A stretch of DNA of 64,000 bases. Origin: Bugula neritina. Its lineage: Eukaryota; Animalia; Bryozoa. Both the position numbers and the translations under genes were made by a program. Numbering within the stretch: the stretch's first letter is position 1; every line of letters starts with the position of its first letter. The DNA is taken from positions 30,230,274 to 30,294,273 of the forward strand of contig OZ037766.1 in NCBI GenBank assembly GCA_964035545.1, in the 5' to 3' direction. The notes below the pieces were generated by a model. The model saw nothing but the letters and a program-made list of their open reading frames with translations. It ran no database searches and was not told where the DNA came from. Below, piece by piece: positions 14,631 to 26,789 of the stretch.

Positions 14631-15822
14631 ATGAGAGTTTGGATTCTGATAGCATTGATACTGAGCGCAGCAGTAGTGTTGATCTCTTCACAAAACGAAG
14701 CAGGTTTTCCCTCTGGAGTCTCTCTTCGTAAGTTCTTAAGATACACTCCTTCAGACAGAGGTAGTTATATATAGCTCCAAAAACTGGCACAGTAATGTAA
14801 TTGTTATGTTTGTGAACTTTGCTCCTAGATTGCAGTAAAAAAGTTTTTACAATTGGTAAAATATTTAGCTCAATAGACAAATCAAGTTAAAATTAAATTA
14901 TCGTAGTAACTTTACTGATCAGTTATTTATTTTTAATTTTTGCATGACCTCAATTTTTTTTATTTTTTTTTATTTATTAGTTTATTAGTAGAAAACTAGT
15001 TGAAATTACAGCTATTGATAAAATAAATCACTGAATTTTAATACTTATCAGGAAATTATATTTGCATCTTCTCAGAGTATGTATTGAAAAACTACTTTCT
15101 ATTTCAAAAGTTATTCACAAGTCTTAATTTCTATGACATGCGTTTCATTTATTATTTTAGCTTGCCAGGCCTGTTTACGTACTCGTACTCAAGCATGTTT
15201 TCAGCGTTAAGGAGGTGGTAGGGGTGGTAGAGGTCGTAGGGGTGACAGAGGTGTCAGGAGAGGAAATAGAAGAGGGGGCAGGAAAGGTAGAAGAGGGGGT
15301 AGAAAAGGAGAAAGAAGAGGTAGAAGAGGGAGCAGAAGTGATAGAAGAAGAAGTAGCAGGAAAGAAGGAAGGAGAAGTAGAAAAGAGGAAAGGAGAAGTC
15401 TAAAGATCCAAGCTCAGTTCTGCAATGTAGAAGCAGCAACACTTTGTACTAGTCTTTGTCAGCCACCAATTCAAGCACCCACCTTAGCACCAATCACTTC
15501 AGCACCAATCACTTCAGCACCAAACACACCACCACCAATTATGCTACCTTTAATTACACCACCACCAATTACACCAGCTCCTATTACACCAGCACCAATT
15601 GCAGCTGCACCAACCACTGCTGTAATAACCAAACCAACGTTAACCACTGCTGCACCAACTGCAGCTGCTCTAATCCCTTCAGCGTTGTTCATACCAGCAG
15701 TAGTTGTACTACCACCAACCACAACTGTACCAACAACCACAACTGTACGAACAACCACAACTGTACCAACAACCACAACTGTACTAACAACTACGGTAAA
15801 CCCAATGTACCAAGGTAAATGA
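14631..15822 (+). pseudogene. Family copy C: full-length reading frame with one in-frame TAA at 15208-15210; exons 14631-14727 and 15161-15822
   Basis: MRVWILIALILSAAVVLISSQNEAGFPSGVSL-P-CQACLRTRTQACFQR*GGGRGG...QFCNVEAATLCTSLCQPP...PTTTT...MYQGK*. The paralogs have TTA or CTA (Leu) at the TAA position. No frameshift. Confidence 0.82.
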
Positions 15823-16641
15823 AGATAACCTCTGAGTAGAAATTACTTTTTTTTTATAACGTGTATAAAACTAGAACAAAACGTATTGTGGTTATAGAAA
15901 AAATATTTAATACAAATTCCTGTATGTTAATCTTCCATATACACTTTTGTTCAGTAGTTTATATTTAATTTTCTACATGCTCTGTTTAAAATATAACAAT
16001 AATTATAATAAATATGCATATGTGGGTACTTTCATGTGTGCAGTGTGTCCAAGCATTTAAATCTGTTTTTTAAATAAATTCATTTTTTACCCGCAATTAT
16101 AGTCTGTTCAAACTACTAATGAGTAATTTGTCCATGTGTTCACATTGCATCAGTTTTGACTGACCAAGCTTATAGCTGCTTTAAAGGATTATTATTTTAA
16201 CTGATTATAGTTAGTTAAAAATTTAATCTATTCACCAATAAGAGTTCAATAGAGCATATAATCAGTCTGTCTTTACAGTGAGAAATATAAGTTTAGTAGC
16301 CAAATGATCACTATAGCATCATTCACTATTACAACTCAGTCAAACTTAATAGCTTAGTCATATATAATCAAATGTATCATGATTTTTCTAAATCTCAAAA
16401 CATTTAGTTGAACATAATATCATCAGGCTCTTTTACAGAGTTTAGTCAGAAATAATAACATATATTATAGTTCTGTAAAAGTGTATTGTTAAATAATGAT
16501 GGTTTTAGCTTGTGGAACAAATGTAAGAGCTCAGCTAATCATTCTCAGATAACCACCAATAATATATGATATCATCGCCAAACTGAATTTTAAGTGCTAT
16601 AAGCAGTGCTAAAACTACACAGCTGTAGTACAGCATTTTAT

Positions 16642-16833
16642 AAAATTAGGCTGTCATAAAGCTATTTATTAAATTAGAGATTCATACTTGTTGATGGTAT
16701 CATCTATTTTATTTAGGACGTGTAAAATATGCATCTATAGATGCATATTTTACACGTCTTAAATAAAATAGATAATACCATCAACAAGTATGAATCTCTA
16801 ATTTAATAAATAGCTTTATGACAGCCTAATTTT
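16642..16833. repeat. 192-bp spacer-less palindrome (96-bp arms, 2 mismatches)
   Basis: Centre gcatcta|tagatgc at 16737/16738; ends aaaattaggctgtca and tgacagcctaatttt. Confidence 0.95.
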
Positions 16834-18269
16834 CCTGTATTATAAAATTACGTATTATGATGAAGTAGATACTAATTTTATTTCATTGTTTTGGTGTATT
16901 TACTTAATAACATCATCATTTTTAAAATACAAATATGTCCTGAGATTTTGAGTTTTTTTAAATGATGTGACTTAGTATATAGGACATAAAAAAATACATA
17001 CATATATAACCTCATTATAAAATAGTTTTAATTTTTAGTTTGTTGAACTAACCAACATCAATGCTGCCAATACAGTTCAAATACTTGTGGGGATGCAATA
17101 GTCGTCATATCTGTGTGATAACCACTGACTGAGAGTTTTTTTAAGAAGACTCTGTCACCATTGTGGCGAAATAGTAATTGTGACTAAATGCTCTCCCTAA
17201 AGTCATCAATGCGTGACCATTAATGGTAACTAAACTACTAAATAAGTGTTTACAAATGCAGCAATGTAAATTCTATAGACAACGCAGTTTCACCCTAATA
17301 TAATAATAAATTAGTTTGCTGTCATATTATATATATTTTCTTGGCACAGTCTTCAAAGCCAAGTCTTCTACATTTTCTAAAAATATGTGGCTTGATTAAG
17401 TTATGAATAAAACTTTTTGATTTATTACAGATTAAAAATTATAATATCTTTTGGATTGGCAAACATTATTTAATTTACCAGAAAAACCTCAAAAAGAATT
17501 TTAATTTTATTCTAGTTTGCTAACAAAATGTATCTTTGCTATTAAGATGTTATTTTTATGATTAATAGATAGAACAATCGAAACTTAAAAGCAACTTAAA
17601 ATGTTTAATTTGAAAAAAAATTAGGACTGAGGTTTTATGATAAAATGAATTTTTAGCCAACTTTTCTAACCTATTTGTCGTTGGAAACATTTAAAAACAA
17701 AAAGCTTTTTAGAAAATAACAATAAAATGCAATGAGACAGTAAACTCAGTTAAATTTCCAAAGCTACTCACTTATATATATTAGAATGCTTTTGTATTAT
17801 TTGAAGGTTATGATAGATTAGCAATTAAAGTAGTTGTAGAAGAAGGTATCCAGCTAGTTCAACCAAAGTTTTTCAATGGCAATTGTGAAAAAAAAATTGT
17901 CAGTCATGTGTTGATGTCTTTTTTCACTAAAACCAAATGCATAAACATTTTACTCACTCAGATAGAGCCAATCATGTGCCTGTAAGTTTGTTGGCACAAC
18001 CCGCTTTAGTTACACGAAGCAGGCTAAACCGCCATGTGGAAAATTTGAATCAGTGCCATTTTTCTTATAACACAACTTGTTTCAAGTATTTATGCAAGCT
18101 GGAAAGTGATTTATTATAGAGATTAACAATAAAAAGCACAAAAAGATGAATAAATATTATTATAAACAAATAACAGCAATTTTTGATATGATCTGTCATA
18201 TTGCAACCATACATTTTACATCTTTATAAGAATTCTGGAAACGCTTTAAAATTCCAAGCAGCAATTTTG

Positions 18270-18515
18270 TATATGATGCTGTTTCTTATTTTCGCTATCA
18301 AATAAAGTTTACTGATTATTTAAAATCTTAAGTTAATTTATTGCACGCTTGTAACTAGACATTTCAGCAAAGTGTAACATCAGAACTTGGCAAACATTTC
18401 TAACGATAATCACCATTCCAAAAACTACAGAACTTCTTTTGAAAAAGTTATCAATTTCAGATGAAGCATGCATGTGGCTAAATTTTTCAATTTGACTTTA
18501 GGAGTTTAGTATACT
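18270..18515 (+). repeat. Segment duplicated in inverted orientation at about 29250-29490
   Basis: aagttatcaatttcagatgaagcatgcatgtggctaaattttt matches its reverse complement at about 29276-29318. Confidence 0.85.
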
Positions 18516-20311
18516 AAAAACTTTTATATTATAATTGAAAACCAATTGCTAACATGGATTGTGATGTGGGAATATCGAAAATTGCAATATTTTTTTATCT
18601 AAAACAATTGTGAATTTTGTGTCTAGCGCTTAAGGGGGTAAAATTGAGTTTTAATATAACAGTGCTTGCCTGTATACAAGACATATTTTTCACAGTGCTA
18701 ACATAAAAGGTTTTATGAAATGTTAGTTGAAGAAACTCTGAGAATTTTTAAATTTTTATTGAGTCAATAAATTAAATAAATGTCATCAATTGTAGATTTG
18801 ATGAAAGTATTAAGTCTATTTTTAAAGATTTGCCTTATCCACATATTAAAACTCATATGTTAAAAATAATAGTTATTTCAACACTATTTTCAAAATCATC
18901 ACAATGACTTCAGGTTTTACATGCAAAGCTCTTTGAGTAAGCATATATAGCTACATATTAATGTATATACATGTCACTAATTTTTTAGATTGCAATCCTA
19001 TATTGACTTGTACCTGTGATTATTCAAATGTCACCTGTGAAGTTGTTGTATATTCATACCAGTTGTAACATTTTAAGCTTGACCACAGGTTTTTTAACAT
19101 AGTTAACCATAATCTTTGTAAAGAAAACTCTACAGGTAACATTTGAATAATCACAAATACAAGTCAAATCTAGGATTTCAATCTAAAAACTCAGTAATTC
19201 GTATACTTTATTATGTAGCTATGGTTACTCAAAAAATGCGCGCACACACACACACACACATAACACACACATAACACACACATAACACACACAGACACAA
19301 CACAGACATAACACAGACATATTATATCTGTCATATATATAAGTGATCAATAAAATGTATGGCAACTGTTGCTGTCTATACATAATTAAAATAAATGCAT
19401 AATCCTCGTTAATACTGAAACCCCATGCCGAATGCAAGTTTAAACCCTTTGGTGCTTATAGTTGGTTTAGAAGCAACTGATAATAGACATAATAGGGAAG
19501 TTAGTAGCAGCTGCCCTTAACTGCTTTGTTTAAGATAGTAAGCTTCTAGCATTCCTACAGATTTCCATTATTCTCCTAATACTATCATCAGCAACTACAA
19601 ACAGTGTAGCAGTTCGTGGATGTTAGGAGATTCCTTGGCATGATGTCATATGATTTACATACCATATAACAATGAGCTGCTATGCAGAGCTTTCTGGTAT
19701 GAGTTAGGAGAAGACAACTCCTGGGAGTAAAATTATATCTATGCTTCTAATAAAGTTGATGAAAGTGTTTTTGCTTGTGATTTCGTGCTTTGTTTGACAT
19801 TTACAATCATGCTAGTACACGTATGTTTAATAAGAAGGAGCATTGAGGTTTACTAAGATTTTCTTTTGTTATTCAAATTAGTTAAATGTGTTAAGATATT
19901 TTCAATTATGTGGTACCACTGTTATTGTCTTAAAACTCAAAAAAATCTTTTAGTTTTAGTTTGTGTTGTGAAAGCAAGGACATGAAACGACTGAAAAAAA
20001 GAAAATAGAGCAAAAATTTTCCGATCACAGCGACTGTACACAGATTAAGACATAATGCTCTCACTTTATGGTCAGTAATTGAGTTCTCTATAACCATTCA
20101 AGTCACAGCTAGCATTTTTTAAGGCTCGTGACTCTTAGATAAACTCCTAGAGTCACTTGAGCTCTCTGGTTTAAGCTTACACACCGTTTAAATATGCTTT
20201 AGTAAAACTACAATTTTTTATACTATAACTATTGCGAAGGTGTGGGCCATGGTACTCTGTTCTGTGCTGAGGAAGGGACAAATCCCAAAAACAGCTGCTG
20301 TACACAGATTG

Positions 20312-20343
20312 ACACACACACGCGCGCGCGCACACACGCGCGC

Positions 20344-20404
<61 letters not shown>

Positions 20405-20438
20405 CACACACACATGTAGAGTAGAGTAGAGTAGAGTA
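20312..20438. repeat. (CA)/(CG)/(GCAC)n and (GTAGA)n microsatellites
   Basis: Directly visible. Confidence 0.9.
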
Positions 20439-20765
20439 GAAAAAAGTTAAACATGAAATTGTAACTTATTTCTCCAATAGTGTGTCACAGCTGCTGATCA
20501 TTTCTTCATTTTTCATACTTTGCGATAACTTAAGGCTAATATGCTAATTAACAGTTAAACTCAAAAATAAAGTTATATTCATCAGGCTATTTGAAAAAAC
20601 TAAAGTCAAAGTGAAAGTAAAGTTGTTTTTAAAATAACAAAATAAGTTTTGATACTGATGACCAAACTTTTTTTTCTCTGAATATTTAGATAGTAAATTT
20701 TAAAATTTCAAAGATTATTTACTGCTTTTCATTGTTATGGCCCAAATTTGATTGTTTTCTTTCAG

Positions 20766-21382
20766 ATTGTCAAGACTGCTTACGTACTCGTAGTCAAGCA
20801 TGTCTTCGCCGTCTAGAAAATAGTAGGAGAGGTAAAAGTAGTAGAAAAGCCAGAAGAAAAGGCAGAAAAAGTATAAAAAAAGGAAGTAGAAGTAGTAGAA
20901 AGAAAGGGGGCAAATCTGCAAGGAGAAATAGCAGAAGACAACAAAAGAGAGATAACAGAAGAGCTAGAAGAAGAGGTCTTGGGAACAGAGCTCAACTCTG
21001 CAATGTAGCAGCAGGACAGCTCTGTGTTACTTTTTGCCAGCCGCCAACCTCAGCTACTACACCATTTCCAATTACTCCAGCACCAATCACCCCAGCACCA
21101 TTCACACCACCCCCATTTATACTACCTGTCATTACACCAGCACTCATTACACCAGCTCCTATTACACCAGCTCCAGTCACTGCTGCACCACCAACTCCCG
21201 CACCAACTTTCACAACAACCTCTGCACTAACCCCAGCACCAACCCCTTCACCAACCCCCGCACCAACCCAAGCCCCAACTCCAGCACCAACCACCACAAC
21301 AACCACCACAACAACCACCACAACAACCACCACAACAACCCCCACAACAACCGCTGCACCTGGTCCAAAGGGAAAAAGATGA
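20766..21382 (+). CDS. Family copy D: intact terminal exon (Cys frame, Arg/Lys loop, Pro/Thr tail); own signal exon not found
   Basis: Acceptor ttttctttcag, phase 1. CQDCLRTRSQACLRRLENSRRGKSSRKARRK...AQLCNVAAGQLCVTFCQPP...TTTTT...PGPKGKR* with no stops. Confidence 0.8.
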
Positions 21383-21854
21383 TAATAAAAAATGTGTTTG
21401 AAACCGTATTATAGCATCTGTGCAGTTGGCTGCATGTATTAAATTATTTTGACCGTTTGATTTCTTTTATGTTTTGCAAATTAACATGTTTTTTCTGAAA
21501 CTATGATGATTTGGAAAATTTTGATGTCTATACTGAATTTGCATTTGTAGCTATCAAATAAATTTTATTGTTTTATTTACAACTGCACAAGCTAAATTAT
21601 ATTCCTTTTTTACTAAAATAGTCATATTCAGAATTCAAAAATTTCACAATTACTTTACACTCTATATAATATATTGTCCAGCCACAATTAATTTCCATGC
21701 ATCTGTATTACGCAGTCTCAAAGCTTTTAGAAGTAAGTTGTATATTCTTTAATTTGCTGCTATATTTTGTGTTGAGCTGCAATAATATAAATTATATTTA
21801 GTTTGTGTAGTATGATTGTACTGATAGAGCACTAGATAGCAGCTGACAACCAAC

Positions 21855-22430
21855 CCCACTAACAATTTACATTTATATCACATTCGAAAAAACGTTTATT
21901 AAAATATGTTTAAATGTCGACACCTTTTTTACTGCATAATATTATAGAACATTTAGGAAAAGCATTTTTGCCAAAACATTTCACAAATGTTGAGTTGCAT
22001 TAAGTTGCATGTAGATGTGTTTTATACAACTTTGGTAAAAAGTTGTGATTCAACATTATTTAAATGTTTAAGTTTTAATGTATCTCTTTGTCTCACACAA
22101 CGTTTAAGCAAAACGTTTTCTGCAAACCATTTTACCAACGTTTCATAAACAAGTCATACAAACACTGCTATAATGTAGCTTTGATAACATTTTTTATAAT
22201 TTGTAAACCAACGTTAAGTTGAATGTTGAAATGTAAATGTAATTTAGCTTTTTTATCCAAAACGTTCTATAAATAACTTTTCATGAATTTTATTATAATA
22301 TGTTGTGTAAACTCTATGCAGCATTGCAAATATAGGTTATTATAACCATATGGCAAGGTTTACATAACCATTGCTATATGAAAGTTTCTATATAGCAGTA
22401 AAATATTTTAAAAGTTTTGTATTGTTATTT
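21855..22430. mobile_element. Possible decayed non-autonomous DNA element rich in AACGTT/AACATT motifs
   Basis: It begins where homology with the copy F downstream flank ends (after gctgacaacc) and is dense in aacgtt-like hexamers. Termini are unclear. Confidence 0.3.
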
Positions 22431-23594
22431 ATCAAAAGGACAAATTCATAGGTGGAGAAAGGACAATTCCTCATTTCTTCTTCTCTATTGTGCATCATAA
22501 TAAGGTGTATTAACATTTGCAGCAGATCAACTATCGTGATAGTTGACAACCGTCATAGCCAATCAGCGGATTCAGATTTGATACACTATAGGCCTCCAAT
22601 TAGTAATGCATTGGGATAAGTGCTATTGACAAACATCTATATAGTTGATTGTACAAGTTTGTATAACCGCAGTTGAATAGCAGCATTGAAGTAGCTAAGT
22701 AGTGTTTCTGCTATCAGCAATTATGTAATGTTTTCTTATTTGTGCAGTAGTTACGTATACCTGTGCATTTTTTGTATAATAAACTCTTTTTTACTTTAAC
22801 TTGGCAATATTGCATTATAGCTCTAAATAACCCGTAATTGATGAAAGCGCAAATTCACAACAATATTATACAAGTGAGGCTTTTATATTGGATGTGTGTT
22901 CATAACTTTATTGTTTAAAAATGAAGAACAATAATTACAAACAATGATTATTACTAAAAAAACATGTGTAACCTAAATTGAAGACATATTTGTCAAATTA
23001 AATGACCTAAAATGAGTTACATATAAAATAAATGTGGCAATGAGCAGATAAATAAATTCATATTGCATGGAGCTAATGCAACAATTATAGATAGCAACAG
23101 GTCGTAAGAAGTACAGCAAAAACTTAAACAGCCAAAAAATTAAAACCAATTATTTTGTTGCTTTAAAACATATATAGCTATTTAGTGAAGTCAGCAAAAC
23201 ATACTTTTCTGTATATATATAAGCAAGTAAACGAAATAACACCAATTATCATATTTATAGAACGCTACTCCCTTTATATCCAAAGCTGAACATTAGCAAC
23301 GAGCTTTATTACCACTTTGGAGATTTAAAGTTATTTTAGCTCTTTCTATTAAGCTTCATCTAAAATTGAGGCCTAACTAAATGTTATAAAATATAAGTAG
23401 GTTTCTGAAAATTGTGAATTCAGTCTGCTCATTCTTTTCCTCAAAACATATACTTAAAACTTCAAGGTCTTGTTCTTTACAGTAAGATAGTGACCACCTA
23501 CAAAGCACCAAGAATACACACTAGAAACAAAAAACATACAATGTAAATGTATATAAGCTGTGGTGAACTGAAGTTGTGTTTCAGAATAAGCTGT

Positions 23595-24530
23595 GAAAAT
23601 GGGTGGGCAACTTCAAATTTCTGTATATTCCCCTATAAATATGACAAACAATTTGATGTATTTATAAATGGGTAGGCAACTTTGAGCTTATGTACATTTC
23701 ACTATAAAAATGACAAACAAGGGTGCAGATCATAAATGGGTGACAACTTCAAGTTTATGCAAATTCTGCAATAAAGATGGCAAACAAGACAGCTTTGACA
23801 GTGGGTGGGCAACTTCAATTTTAACTAGATTTTACTATAAAAGTGACTAACAAGAAAGTTGGAATATGGGTGGGCAACTTCAACTTTATAAAAATTTTGC
23901 CATAAAGATGACAAACAATAAAATTAGGAAATAGGTGGGCAACTTCAATTTTATGTACATTTCACTATCAAGATGGCATACAAGACTGTTCAGAGGTTGG
24001 TGGGTACCTTATATTTGATGTAAATTTTATTTTTGAAATGACAAACAATTTGACATGTTTATAAATGGGTGGGCAACTTCAATGTTGTGTACATTCAATT
24101 ATAAAAATGACCAACAAGAGTGTTCGGAATTTGGTGTACAAACTAGACTTTATGTAAATTTTACTATAAAGAAGATAAACAAGAAATTTCGAACATAGTG
24201 TAATGGATTTTCATCCCCTATCGTTTTGAAAAATTCTAGTTGCTATCACTGAAAAATGCCCTGCCTTTTGTTCTCTCTTACAAAGAGATATGTTCAGTAC
24301 TTAGTTTCATTCAACTCACAAAGTTACTACAATAGGTAGGAAACTTCACGCTATAAAGATGATTAACAATAATATCTGATCATAAGTGGGTGACCTCAAC
24401 TTTATACACACTGCTCTATAAAAATGACAAATAGAAACTTGTGAAAATAGGTGGGCAATTTCTAATTCATGTACATTTTACTATAAAAATAACCAACAAG
24501 GAAATGGAAAAATGGGTAGGCAACTTTCAG
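23595..24530 (+). repeat. Degenerate minisatellite of about 60 bp
   Basis: Recurrent unit gggtgggcaacttcaa...ctataaa.atgacaaacaa, more than 10 copies. Confidence 0.88.
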
Positions 24531-25102
24531 TTAAATTCCAATAAATTACTTTAAACTGCGAAATATTGCACTTTTCAAATAATTATTGATATAATGTAGA
24601 TTTTGACTTAACTTCGTACATAACACCATTAGTGCATATAGCTTATATGTTTGCATTTAAACAAAATTTTAAACTTTTTAAAAAAAATTGATAACTATTA
24701 TAATGCAAAATTTAAATTATTAAAATATTATGTTTCTTTCCAACATTACAAGCTTCAAATAATCAGAATTGGGCTCACCAACCTATCAATAAGTTCACAT
24801 AGTGGCACCTGTGCATTTACTCATATACAGTGTGTAAATTACAGATAACTTCATTGGTATGACTATAAATTTACCTGAATAGCCAAGTACATGGGAATAG
24901 CTAAACTTCTATCATTCAATACAAGCAAGGTATAGATATATTCTTCTTGACGCAGAGCCTGGATGTTTTTCATATCAAGTAACCACAGATGTGAAAATGG
25001 CCTAAGGGAAATAAGAAAATATGCACAGACTAAACTAATAATTAAAATAGGCTATAATAAACTATTTTCTGACAAAAAAGGAATATTTTGTGAAAAGCTA
25101 GA

Positions 25103-25780
25103 ATGGTAAGGGTAACGGTAAGGCTACCTAGAAAAATTTTAATACAAATATATAACTCTTTTGTAAATTCTAAATTAACATATTGCCTAGAATCGTGGGG
25201 TAATGCAGCAAACATTTATCTTGAACCACTACATTTACTGCAAAAGAAAATACTGAGAATTATATATAAAAACATCACCTTTCCCCATCTAAACCACTGT
25301 TTCTTAGTTCTTCAATCATGCCTATTCACACTCTCCACAAATTCAAACTAATACTGCTCTCACATAAACTTTACTACTCTCAACTAACACATCTCACACA
25401 TAACTATCCCACAAGATTTTCAGAGTTCAGCCTACAAACTCCTCCATCATCAACTGCTGCAGGTCAACGAAGAGTGGAATTCCAATGTTCGACGCTATGG
25501 AATCAATTGCCTAGTTCTATTCGTGCTGTGGAGAGGGAGGCTGGTTTCAAACTTGCCCTGAGAGACCATCTAATGGCAAATTTCCAGATAAAAAAAAAAA
25601 TAATTTTTTAAGTTGCTAAAACTTCCAAAAACCTAAACAAAAATCTTATATAACTGTCAACCATTCATGGCTCGGTGCCTCGACTAGCTACAGTGCTATT
25701 GCGCCATAGGCCCTGTCATTTTGTTTATTTTTTTCTCAATTAATTTTTTCCCTACTATGACAAAATAAAAACAAACAAAC
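25103..25780 (+). mobile_element. 5'-truncated CR1/L2-like LINE, 3' portion
   Basis: IYNSFVNSKLTYCLESWG, LQKKILRII, HNYPTR and LWNQLPSSIR..FK. A conserved 3' UTR motif at 25669-25713 is shared with 61333-61376. Confidence 0.8.
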
Positions 25781-26789
25781 AAACAACAAACGGGAAGGGA
25801 GAGCACAGCGGTCATATAAAGGGTACAAAAAGCTGGCCAAGTTGTAAGAGAATTTATTGACTTAGAGTTGGGATTTTTTTGTAAAAAGGTATTGACATAA
25901 TTATTTAACCATTGTAGATTCAACACTTGCAGAACATACATGTTGAAAAGGCGAGTCAAAAACTGTATTTATACAGCTACTTTTTGTAAATCTTTTAAGA
26001 TGTCGTTAAAGCTTAATAACTTTTTACACTCAAAGGTAACAATAAAAACCTATAAAGTTTACTGATGTTGTTGCCATTGCTTGTCTCTACATTGTTTAAC
26101 TAGTATAACAGCAAACTCTAAAATAGATTTCCCTTGAGCCACATTTATTTTCAATTTGGCCACACGGGGCACAGTGGCCAAGCTGATTATTGCACCCTGA
26201 TCACTGTTATTAGTTTGTTTGCCAAAAATTTTAGTTGAAACGTTAATGAAATCTATAGATATAGCCATTTCTGAGTTGTTTGTAAAATATCAAGGACATC
26301 ATGGTAAGACTACAAAGCTACAAGTTGAAGCTCCCCTAATATACACATCTGGTGAAGTTAAAACTTCAATTGCCATTTTATACATCATACAAAACACTCT
26401 GCTGTTGCTACTATAGTATAGATAGTAATGATATTCATTTTATATTATATCATTGATCGAATATTCATGCATATGTGACTAAAATAAATTGCAATTTGCT
26501 CATTTGCTCCCCCTCTCCCTTCCATGTACTCCAGCCACAAACCGAAGCCATGCACCTTAGCTATACAAATCAAAGAAAAAAGTTCATTCATAATTGTGTA
26601 GTACATGTTACTAAAGTTTTTTTCTGATAAAAGTTCCTCTGAAGTGAAAATAAAAAAAACATTTTTAGATCTAAACAGTAATGATAATGGCACCATAGAA
26701 CCGAGTGATTTGCATTTTATTTTGCTTTCCACTGCTATCCGTGGTGACACAAACTGTACAGCTAAAACATGAATTTTGCTACTTCATAT

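Noticed and set aside
19535-19625. Hydrophobic stretch KLLAFLQISIILLILSSATTNS as a possible private signal exon for copy D
   Set aside because: There is no in-frame ATG, the donor is weak, and it has no similarity to the family signal exon. It cannot be fully excluded.
20732-20765. ORF-track N-termini of the family ORFs (20732, 12425, 15541, 29979)
   Set aside because: They start in introns or mid-exon. The true coding starts are in the upstream signal exons.
23595-24530. CRISPR-like periodicity
   Set aside because: The inter-core sequences are themselves homologous rather than unique spacers, there are no cas genes, and the context is eukaryotic.
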